DNA of 64,000 bases from Podarcis vaucheri (lineage: Eukaryota), in NCBI GenBank assembly GCA_965113315.1, contig OZ220368.1. The stretch is one strand, 5' to 3'. Positions 37,762 through 47,200 of this stretch are shown here, in pieces (position 1 is the first letter of the stretch; each line of letters starts with the position of its first letter). The position numbers and the translations under genes are program-made. The notes beneath the pieces were generated by a model. The model was not told the DNA's origin, ran no database searches, and worked only from the letters and a program-made list of their open reading frames with translations.

Positions 37762-40700
37762 CCGCCGCCTCGGTCCAGTATATCTGAAGGAGTGTCTCCA
37801 CCCCCATCGTTTTGCCTGGACACCGAGGTCCAGCGCTGAGAGCCTTCTGGCAGCTTCCTCACTGTGAGAAGCCAAGTTACAGGGAACCAGGCAGAGGGCC
37901 TTCTTGGTAGTGGCACCTGCCCTGTGGAACACCCTCCCACCAGATGTCAAAGAACAACAACTACCAGACTTTTAGAAGACATCTGAAGGCAGCCATGTTT
38001 ACGGAAGCTTTTAATGTTTGATGCATTATTGTATTTTAATATTTTGTTGGAAGCTGCCCAGAGTGGCTGGGAAAGATGGGTGGGGTATAAATAAATTATT
38101 ATTATTATAGCTAACAGGAACAGTAGTCAGGGATGATGGGAGTTGTAGTCCCAAAACATCTGGAGGGCCGAGTTTGCCTATGCCTGTGTTATGCCAAACT
38201 TCAGATGACAAATATCCACTCCCATATTCTGTGTGCAGATATGCTGCAATGCTCACACACAATAATTCTCCAAATGTGCCATGTTGGCAGGATAAACCCA
38301 AAAATTATTTTTAAAATCTTGTTTCATGCCTACTTCCTAAATTCACCCTATGTTAGCTGCCAGGCATTCACAGAACTTCCGGCAAACAAAAAAGGAAGAA
38401 AGAAAAAGATACAGACTAATTTCCTTTCAAATACAGGAGCCAACAGTTGCACCTCCATAAGCCCATACATATAATATTACAATTATAATCAAATATTAAG
38501 AATATCAAATGTAATCTCAGGTTGGCTTTTAATTTCTGGCACCTCAAAAAAAGGAAAAAGGAAAAAAGAGCACCAAAAGAAAATACATATCCAATTCAGA
38601 TTCATTTTCTGAGCTGGTGGTTATGATCACTGGGGATTTTGGAAATTTTGTTTCTTCATCCAAATTTTGAAAACTGGTAATTTACTTTTATGTCTCCAGC
38701 AAGCTTAAAGCAATGGAACATATTTATTCCTAATGCTGCAAGTGCAATCTATTTTGAACACATAACCTCCTTAGATTATCTGGCCAGGGCAGATGAATTA
38801 AAATTTTATATTCAGCCAGAAGACCTTTTACTAAGGCACCGTTTCATGAACTAAACAGCAGGATAAAATATATGCATTCTACAACACGTGACTCTGCATT
38901 ATGCTTCCAGATTTGTTTATATTTAACTTTCCACTTCAGATTTTAAAAGTATGGATGCTATTGAATGCTGCAATTCTACACACATTAACCTGAGAGTAAG
39001 TCCTACTGCAGCCAATGAAGTAAGCTCCTAGGTAGATATTTATTGTATTGTGTTGTAAAGTGGTATTTAAGACACTTCAGGAGTGAGCAGGAAAAAATTA
39101 AGCTATTTCCTAGTTTCAGCATGGCCCAGATTTGGAGTCTCTTATATCTACTGACAAACTCAAGACAGTCTGATGATTGTGAAATCCAAATTATCTGGCT
39201 TTTTACAACAAAACCAGACTTCAGTTTTGATTAGTGCCTACTAACCCATGATCTAGTGCACATATGACATTTATAAGCTGAAGAGGAAACTTCACTTGAG
39301 TAAGGCAGCTTTTAAAACCTGCAACATAATTCTGAGTTTGAATTTGTCAAAACAGTGGCCCTGTTTTGTAGCAAATATGTGCACTAAACACATGATCCTA
39401 AATGATCCTAACCGAAGGTTAAGACTAGCCCAGTAGTCAAGGAATTTTGACTGCAAAGAAATAGTGTTGCAAACTCAGTGAGCAAATCTCCCTAAATATA
39501 TAATGATTTCAGGTTTCAGGTTTCTCAAATATCCAAGTAAAGTGAAATAAGTTACTGTACTGAGGGTGGTGGGAAACCTCTGCAAAGGCCCATAGCATTT
39601 TCTAGCAGTACTTTTTGGAGGTGATTCCCTGCAAAAGAGCTCTTAAAAAAACAAACTCGTTCAAAAGGTACTATTGACCAAAGAAGCGTGCTTTTTAAGT
39701 AACTTTCAATGATCACCTGCTGGAAAGCACAATCTCTCCTAGTCCAGAGTGTATCAGGAGGTGATCCTTTCAGGAGAGCAAAAAATCTAGGATCCTGGCG
39801 GACAGATTGGCCTTCCTTGAAGCCCCACTGTGAGCTCGAAGCCCATTCATTTCCCGCTCCAAGGCCCAGGCTTGCAAGGCCCTCCAACTCACCTTGAGAA
39901 GGTACTTGTCGATTATCTCCTGGCCGCAGCTGCTGCAGATGCACTTGCTGGGCGCGCATCCGCCCGGGCCCGAATTCAGCGAGCGCGGAGAAGACGAAGA
40001 AGGCGAGAGCGGGGTGGACGGCGAGCACGAATCCTCGTCTCCGGCCACCTCGGGGCTGACCTGCCACACGGACACGAGCAGATGTCAAATACACACGGGC
40101 CTGCGACCCCTCCCCACGGGCCTGTTTCCCTCAGGAGCCTCTCCGAGGCAACTCTCGTCCTCTCCCCGCCGCCCAATCATTAGATCCAGCTGCCCTAGCG
40201 AGCGCTCCCTTAAACCAGCCGCCTCAGCCGAGGTTCCCCGCCAATACTACTGATAAAGTAGCTGATAATAGGGAGAGGAGCTCCCCTCAGTTCCTACTAT
40301 GGTTGAATATTCTCTCTCCCTGGCGCCCTTCTTCGTGTTTGTGCCCCTTCGCCCTCACAAATCTCCCTCAGAAGAGAACCCAGCCCGACCTGAAGGCCAC
40401 CCAGTGAGTGCCCTGACTGGGTCGGGGCAGGTGGGAGAGACTGCGAAGCCACGCGCCCGCCTGGCCGCCCGCTAATGCCCCGTTCCCGCCTTTCTCGCGC
40501 TGCCCACACACAGAGTCCCCTGTCGCCTCAGACACGCCGTCTCTCCTTCAGCTCCCTTCACAGACTAGGAGGAAAGTCCGTTTCTCGAGCAGCGCTCGTC
40601 GCTCCATCCCACCCGCGTCTCGCGGACTTACCAGCCCCGTCTCTCCCGCGCTTTTCCGTCTTCTCCCAGTCGCGGTCGCCGCCGCCGCCGCTGCTACTGC

Positions 40701-43665
40701 TACTCGCCCACACTCCTCAGCCATGAGCCTCGGGAACTGCGAAGAAAGACCAGACGGCTGAGCTCGCCGAAGGCCGCCGAAAACTGAGGCTCGTCATAGG
40801 AGAAGGAAAGAGGGGCTGCCGACCATCCTTCCCTCCCCTCCAGCCAAAACTAAACGGCGGCAATTAGGGGGCGAAGTCGGCCCCGAGGCATAAGCGCTTC
40901 AATGGGGCCCTTGAGCACTAATTGCCGCTCCTCCAGCAGCAGCCCGAGACCTCGCCCGCCCGGCGCTCGTGCCGGGCACGATTTAAATGAAAATGCCTCA
41001 GCTTGCGCGGCCTCCAAATACCCTCCGCAATTAGAGCCCGCCTTGCCACTTCCAGCTTGGGGCCTCCGAGGTGTAAATTGCCACTTAAGCACTCGAGCCG
41101 AAGTCAACAGGCCGAGGGGCTGCTGCTTAGACTCGAGGATTTATTTATTTCGTTAAGCTGAGGCCACAGAAAAAGGGGGGAAGAGGAAGAAGGGAATGTC
41201 ACCAGAAGAGAAAGGAGGAGAATAGAAACCAGCCAGCTGAATTTAATTCGGGGGGTCATTAAACACAATGGCCCCCTTGGCCAATTTGGAGGGAGGGCGC
41301 GCGCTTGATGAAGCCGTTTGGCGCGGCCGAGGCCGAGCGAGGCAAGGGACAAAAACGCTCGCGCCAACTCCGCCTGGGCGCTGCGCTCGCCTCCATTAGG
41401 CGCGCGGAACAAAGCCGGCGGAGGGCGACCCTCGGCCAGTCAAGCCCGCGCCCAAAGCCCCCTTTAGCTAAGCAGCCGACTCCATCCAAAGTCGCAGGGC
41501 AGTCCTGAACCCGATTACTGTTTCCAATGGAGCTTTGCTCCCTGGCGAGGGATGCCACCTCGATGCGGATTAATTACCCCGCAATCCCAGCGGTTAAGAT
41601 GTCAGTGAGGGCGAGTGTGGGCGATGCATGTCCGATCCACCTGAATCGCCAAGATGAAATGGGAGAGAGATCATCTGGAGCGGAGGTAGCGGGCACTGCG
41701 CCCTCCGACATCATCCCTGACCATCCGGCGCCATAGCCGGGGCCAAACAGAGCCCGTCCCTATCTAGAGCGCCCCGATCCGGGGTATCAATGGGTCTGCC
41801 CAGAGTAGCCTCGTGGAAGGAGGCCGAGCTAGTTTCGGGGACACATTCCTGACCCCGCGGAATAATTTTAACTAGGTTGCAGCTAGTCCACCGGCTCCTT
41901 GCTTTGCCGAAATCTTTGCGACGGAAGAGGCTGCGCGCCATCCACCGTCCCGGGCCTACGCAGAAGCCAGCCCTGCATGTTTCCACGGGACTTGTTCCCC
42001 ACCGGCGTCTATAGATGCAGCGCACGATTTGACGTTTCCCATGCGCAGGTAAGTAGTATACAGCACAATGGAAAGAGGCAGGAAGGTTACAGCAAAAAAA
42101 GGGGGGAACACTATCCCCCAGAACCCTTAAAAAGCCAACCCAAACCCAACAGGCTCTACTCGAGCCCTTGCAAACAATTTGCTCTGGTTTAAATGTCTTT
42201 TCGTTTTGGCTTAAGCAAGGCTTCTATTTCCATCTGCCATGGGTGCTTTAGTTGAGATTCCTGCATTGCGAGGGGGTTAGCCTAGATGACCCCCGGGCCA
42301 GGGGTCCCTTCCAGCCCTACGGTTTTATGATTCCAGTGAATAAGTATATTGCATTCATTTTTAGAATTCCTTGAACAGAGACTAGGAAATGCGGCGGCCC
42401 TTGAGGGTTTGGCGCACGGTCTGGTTTAAGGCTGCTTGCGATCACTTACCCCGGAGTAGCCCCATCGAAGGCAGCCGAGCTAGTTTGGAGGATTCTGACC
42501 GCGCCGATCGCCACAGATGTAGGGGGAACCCAAAACCGCTGGAATTAACTGCCTTTTAAAAGAGGGGTGAACAGGAGGCAGATACGGGTCTGCTGGCAGG
42601 TCTTTGGTTTGCAAAGGACTCCTGGCTACCAACTGCTGAGCAGCAGCAACGAAAAGACTTGCCCACCCCCTCTAAATTATGCTGCCGACACGGAGGGATG
42701 TATGGATGCGTTGGTGGGTGGACCGACCGCGAGCTCCCATCAGTTCTGATAAACTCAATGCAGATTCTTTAATTCTAAACGGTTTGGCTTGGGCACCAAA
42801 AGAAAAAGTAGGTCATGCAAGCCTGACGTCTGTCACCCGCTTGCTTTAGGGACAGTTCGAAGCGAAATCGGGGCACGGTAAAAAAAAATCCTCAAAAGCC
42901 AGCGATGCCTTAAGGGACTACTCCGTTGTATGAAGTCGAAGCGGCGTCCTTCGTAAGAAGTGGAAGCGGTGTCAGTCCTCCGTGCGCCAAATATTCGATT
43001 TCTCTCTTTCGCCTGCAGACGTTTCCTACTAAACTTGTTTTCGTGTGCTGGCGCGCGCTTTTCTTTATTTCTTTTTTTCCCCTTTTCAGCTGGAAATTCA
43101 GGTATTTGTTTATATTTTAGATCTACAGTTAAAAACACACCCCAAAAAACCCGTAGCTTTCCACACACAGACACACCAAGTAAGGGGTGTCAAGCGCTTA
43201 CAGACGTTAGGTGGAACCGTGCCAATTTGCCTTCAGGAGTGGAAGGGGAAGTCGTTTCCACCACACGAAAAAGCGCATTTCAAAGGAAGAGGAGGGGTGG
43301 GGGTGGGGATACTTTATAAAATTACGAAATGTAATTAAAATTACATTTTTTGGGGGGGGATTCCTGGACGGGTCTTAAGCTGCGATGAGCAAACCGCTTA
43401 ACGCGAAATATTCGCCCCCCGCTGCAACGAAATGAAACTACTCCGGAGCAAAGGGCATAGCAGCTGGTATCTCTGGGGGCAAATTCGGATCCACTCCACT
43501 TTTACACAGACTGCGAGGGAGGCAATCGGCTTAAGGAAAAGGGTCTCTCGTCTTCGCAGGGGGAAGAAGAGGCAGCGGGCTCACCTTTTCCGTCGCGAGG
43601 CGAAGCGCAGGCACGTCTTTGTCGTCCAGTTTACACACAAACATCTGGTTGCTCTTCCAATACAT
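23063..43665 (-). CDS. LHX8: LIM homeobox protein 8, complete 9-exon CDS: join(43665-43585,40736-40632,40060-39893,34135-34014,30472-30252,28676-28573,25371-25276,24741-24558,23139-23063), 385 aa
   Basis: Manual splicing gives 1158 nt with all introns GT-AG and phases 0,0,0,2,1,0,0,1. It encodes two LIM domains, an LHX6/8-type homeodomain ([13 protein letters not shown]...[11 protein letters not shown]), the N-terminus MYWKS and the LHX8 C-terminus [18 protein letters not shown]. Confidence 0.96.
24558..24741 (-). CDS. LHX8: LHX8 coding exon 8 ([20 protein letters not shown]...NALHNFMD)
   Basis: Homeodomain helix 3; TAG acceptor, G|GTAGGT donor. Confidence 0.96.
25276..25371 (-). CDS. LHX8: LHX8 coding exon 7, homeodomain ([32 protein letters not shown])
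   Basis: ttttccAG acceptor, CAG|GTAACT donor, 96 nt. Confidence 0.96.
26786..27012. mobile_element. hAT MITE in LHX8 intron 6
   Basis: Termini CATGGGTAGGCAAAC/GTTTGCTGACCCCTG; TSD AACTATAC/AACTAGAC (7/8). Confidence 0.8.
28573..28676 (-). CDS. LHX8: LHX8 coding exon 6 ([34 protein letters not shown])
   Basis: Within ORF 28492..28803; CAG acceptor, CAG|GTAGAG donor. Confidence 0.95.
29579..29820. mobile_element. Tc1/mariner-pogo MITE in LHX8 intron 5
   Basis: TIR CAGTGGTACCTC/GAGGTACCACTG, TA TSD, internal TAACCTGAAG repeats. Confidence 0.88.
30252..30472 (-). CDS. LHX8: LHX8 coding exon 5, LIM2 ([32 protein letters not shown]...KREVEN)
   Basis: Within ORF 30235..30519; CAG acceptor, G|GTAACT donor. 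Confidence 0.96.
31376..31619. mobile_element. hAT MITE in LHX8 intron 4
   Basis: Termini CAGAGGTCGG/CCGACCCCTG; perfect 8-bp TSD GCCTAGGC. Confidence 0.85.
31750..31950 (-). mobile_element. L2/CR1-group LINE 3' fragment
   Basis: Reverse-complement similarity to 37885-38107 (agggccttctcagtggtgg...tggaacgccctcccatcagatgtcaa...cccagagtggctggg). Confidence 0.75.
31971..32302. mobile_element. Second mariner/pogo-type MITE family, young
   Basis: TIR CCGTATTTTTCGCCCTA/TAGGGCGAAAATTACGG, TA TSD, CpG-rich interior. Confidence 0.85.
33114..33152. repeat. (TATC)~10 microsatellite
   Basis: Read directly. Confidence 0.95.
34014..34135 (-). CDS. LHX8: LHX8 coding exon 4 ([40 protein letters not shown]), LIM1
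   Basis: TAG acceptor, AG|GTATAC donor, LIM Cys/His spacing. Absent from the ORF track. Confidence 0.96.
35581..36236. mobile_element. Probable old hAT-like non-autonomous element
   Basis: Termini CAGTGGCT.../...AACCACTG with an AT-rich interior; TSD not convincing. Confidence 0.4.
37555..37729 (+). mobile_element. MIR/CORE-like squamate SINE
   Basis: ctctcagtctaa.ctacctcacagg.ttgttgtgag core, shared with 53775-53970. Confidence 0.7.
37731..37761. repeat. (GTA)10 microsatellite
   Basis: Read directly. Confidence 0.95.
37769..38108 (+). mobile_element. L2/CR1-group LINE 3' end with (TAT)n tail
   Basis: End-of-ORF2-like sequence, gggtggggtataaataaa and a microsatellite tail. Confidence 0.8.
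39893..40060 (-). CDS. LHX8: LHX8 coding exon 3 ([12 protein letters not shown]...[17 protein letters not shown]), start of LIM1
   Basis: CAG acceptor, AAG|GTGAGT donor, 168 nt. Confidence 0.95.
40632..40736 (-). CDS. LHX8: LHX8 coding exon 2 ([35 protein letters not shown])
   Basis: ttcttcgcAG acceptor, CTG|GTAAGT donor, 105 nt, phase 0/0. Similar to mammalian LMSEECGR...GEEGL. Confidence 0.88.
42245..42334 (+). mobile_element. CR1 LINE 3' tail (a similar tail lies at 47255-47306)
   Basis: gggggtt..ctagatgac...ggtcccttcca..ctacg.ttttatgattc, typical of a CR1 3' terminus. Confidence 0.7.
43585..43665 (-). CDS. LHX8: LHX8 coding exon 1 ([27 protein letters not shown])
   Basis: GCC-ATG Kozak context and AAG|GTGAGC donor. 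Matches the recalled mouse Lhx8 N-terminus MYWKSDQMFVCKL. Confidence 0.9.
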
Positions 43666-44169
43666 GGCACTGGGCTGGGAGCGCTCCTCACATACCAACT
43701 CCAGAAAGGACGGAGCCCCCACTCCCTCCCTTTCCGCGCAGGAGAAAAAGAAAAGGAAAAAAAGCGACTTGGGCGAGTTTCGAAAAGTGTCAAGGAGATG
43801 ATAGCCAACGCCCGGCCCTCCTCGTCGGCCTCCAGTCCTTGCTCCGAATGGCCTCCCCCTCGTCTTCTCCGCTTCCCTCTTCCCGAGCTCCCTACCCGAC
43901 TCCACTGATGTCAGACCCTGGAGGGGGGGAAAGTTTTGTTTTCAAGTGGGTGGAACCTCTTCCCGCAAAAGCCTCTTGGCTGGCTGCTGGAGCCTCACCT
44001 CCTCGTGTAAAACCCGCCTTCTGTACATGTTCAGATCTTTATCGCTACAAGCAAGCGCGCTCCAGGGAGCGGGTTTTTTAATATATATATATAAAAGGAG
44101 AAGTGTGTGTGTGTCGGGGGGGGGGGGGAGAGAAGCACAGGAGTATGCTAACTTTGGATTAGTCACTTC

Positions 44170-44171
<2 letters not shown>

Positions 44172-44210
<39 letters not shown>
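44172..44210. repeat. (CT)~19 microsatellite in the LHX8 promoter region
   Basis: Read directly. Confidence 0.95.
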
Positions 44211-44212
<2 letters not shown>

Positions 44213-47200
44213 ACCTACCCACCCCGCTTTCTCCCCTCCTTCTTGCCGAACCTTGCGCTTTCTATGTCCGGGGAACCCAAGCCAAGGTGGAGGGCGCAAC
44301 AGGCAATCGCGTGGCTTCCACCATCCTTAATCGCAGCAGCAGAGATTGCATAAACCTGGAGTAGAGAGAGAGGAACTGCGTTGGCCTCAGACGGTTCTTT
44401 AGTACTGTCTCTGCCATTAAGGGAAAGCGGTAGAACATCTGAAGAACCCCAAACTCCGATTGGGGAAGGGAGAAAAGAATCAGATCGCGGGGAAAGCTAA
44501 CTAACTTATAAAGTCTTGCGCTGGCGGGGTGGGAGGTCGGCGGTCGTGGAGTGGGAGACTGCCCCGGACACCCCCTGCTTGCTAAATTCGGTTTATCTCT
44601 CTTAGCTAGAGGCGCGACGTTTTCTTGACAGGGCGGAGCAGATTGGGACAAGGGCCGCGACGTCCCAAAGGACCGTTGCACCTTACGCCAAGCGAGCCCG
44701 TTTCTGTCAAAGCAGGGGGCGACAATCCGGTGGCTTCGCGTTGACTGTTTCTCGGAAAGCGTCGAAGGCAACCTCTCTCTCCCCCCACCATGTGTCATTC
44801 ACCTTTTTTAAACACAACAACACCTCTCTTCTCTTCTCTCCCTAGCCGCAAGGGGAACGGCCAGCGATTCGGGGATCGAAAGCTAAAACCAGATTTCTCC
44901 GTCGCTGAGGTGAGTTACCACGTTTATATTCCGGAGACCGGGATTCGGATTTTTCCAACGTAGTGTCTGAACGTCTGGGTATTCTTTCAGCAGGTTTTAC
45001 TTCAGATTTGACAGTCCTATTCGCGAGGTCAGAGAGAAATGAAATGAGCACTCAAACATGCATGATCTGATGGATTTAAGTCCACAAAGCCTTGGAGAGC
45101 ATAATAAATATGCCAGGTCTTTACGAGCTTCATCTTGAGTAGGGAGAAGTCCTTATAACTTTTAGTCAAATTTACTTCTAGTTACGCGTGCAGAGAATTC
45201 TATCACATCTCATCCTTATTTCAGAAGTAAGCCTCAGTGGATACAGTGGGGCCGATTCTGTAGTTACAGCCTCTGGTTTAGATCCTGAACATCTTACTTG
45301 ACAGCAGGTCGAACTGCTTGTCCCAAGCAAATGCTTTTGTAGGATCTGCGAGCTACACCTTGATCCTGTGCACGTTTGTTCACCAGGCAAGTCTAGAAGG
45401 GCTCCCTCCCTCCCGTGGCCGCAACTTTAGCCAGAACATCATTCCTTTCCAGACTACAAACAACCGCAGATTCTGTGCAATCCTAAATCGCCCCTCTCCT
45501 CCTCTTCCCCATCTGAAAATCTCTCCTCGCTATGACCTCATGGATGGAGCTGCTGGTTGTTTGTAGTTTTATTTTCTTCTCTCTCTTTTTGCGGCGTGCC
45601 GCGTGTCTTTCTTTTAACCGGGCTCATAAAATAGATACCCGGGAAGGCCGCATAGGTGCAGACAGAGCTGATCGCGAGTTAACTGCCACGGAGTCCATTG
45701 GAGCTTTTATTCCCCAGCAAGCGTGCCTAGGATCTCAACCCCATAGCCGCGAAACCCTCCCCCCCCCGGCTTGGATGCCTCTCAGAAGTTAACGAGACGT
45801 TAAATTTGGAGACAAGCTTCCCTAGGAAGGTGAGTGTGCTTTTCTGGAATCCCGAGGCTACAGCCACTGGCGCTAGCTAGAGCGGCTGATCCAAGCAAGT
45901 CGCGCGACGGCGGGAAAATCCGCGGAGCGCAGCGAGCCGTGGCTCTCAACATTCCAGGCGACAGTAGCCTAGACGCCTTTGGAGGGATGATCTCAGGACG
46001 GGGCAAACCGGCGCGCTGGCCTAGGCGCAACTGCCTGAGCCTGCTGCGGGAAGAGAGAAGCAGACGTGGGCTCCAGATCGAAGTTAAGCTTCCAGGGCTG
46101 CCGGCCAGACCTAGCTACCCCCTCTTCTCACCTCCCTTTCCCCAGGGTTTCTTTCCATCATATATATATATATATAGCCCCCACGCGGCAACGTTCACCT
46201 CCAGTCAGGTTTGAAAAACAGAATCTTCATCCAAAATTTTAAAATGGCTCAGCTTGCTGTTGCAATTAGCTCGGCATCCCATACAAAACATCTGCCCCAA
46301 ATTTGGGCTGTCATTTGCCAGCCTCGCTTGGTCAAGCCCCAAAAAACCCAGATTCCACGATCTTTCCCGACATATTGCAGGACGAGGGTGGGGGAGTTAA
46401 AAATGCCCCAGTAACCTGAACAGGGAAGAGGTTATTGCAGGTGATTCAGTGTCTCAGTGGATCATCACCATCGTTTATGCGACGCCCTTGCTTTCCATTT
46501 AGGAAAATGAAAGAAAATATGCTGGAAGATAGCTTGCCCTTTATTACAAAATGCACAGTTTGCATTCAGTCGGACTTTTATTTATCTGCTGTATCTCTTT
46601 TCACTCCCAAGACTCGCTGCCGGTTCATCATCTTCCATCGTTTCCATATTTCTTCCATTAAATCGCCCTCTTTGTGGGTCTGCTCTTGTTCTTGAGGCTA
46701 TTATTAGCCTCCTGCCACAGCTCGAACGCGAAGCGATGGGAGGACCGCCAAAGCTCTGATTCACCCGCTCCACGGCTCCTTCCCAGCAGTATTGGCCAGG
46801 CAGCCCTCTCCACCCATCGCGGAAGTCGTATCGGCACTTCCGGAGGAGGGCCAAGGGGGGGGGGTGGCATTTAACACCACGAAAAGCAGGCTAATAGGTC
46901 TTATCCTTTGTGTCTGAATGAGAAATGTGTCTATATGAGACGGTTACCCTTAAACAAGGGGATGCAAAATCCTCTCACACACAACTGAGCAATGTTGGTG
47001 ATGTTGCCGTTGCCCTCCTCCACTGTAAACCACAAACTTTTTGAGTGTGTCTTGGGATTGGATTGAGATAACTCCATACTTGGTTTGGAGGCTGATTTGC
47101 AATAACCCAATAGCCTTCCTGTTACTTTGGCATCATAGTGTACCATACTCGTAGTGTATAGCCAAAACATTGGCCTTGAAACTCAGCAAAGGAATGGGGA

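Noticed and set aside
39552-40253. 180-aa and other ORFs overlapping LHX8 exon 3
   Set aside because: Off-frame or antisense by-products of a GC-rich exon; only the [12 protein letters not shown] frame fits LHX8.
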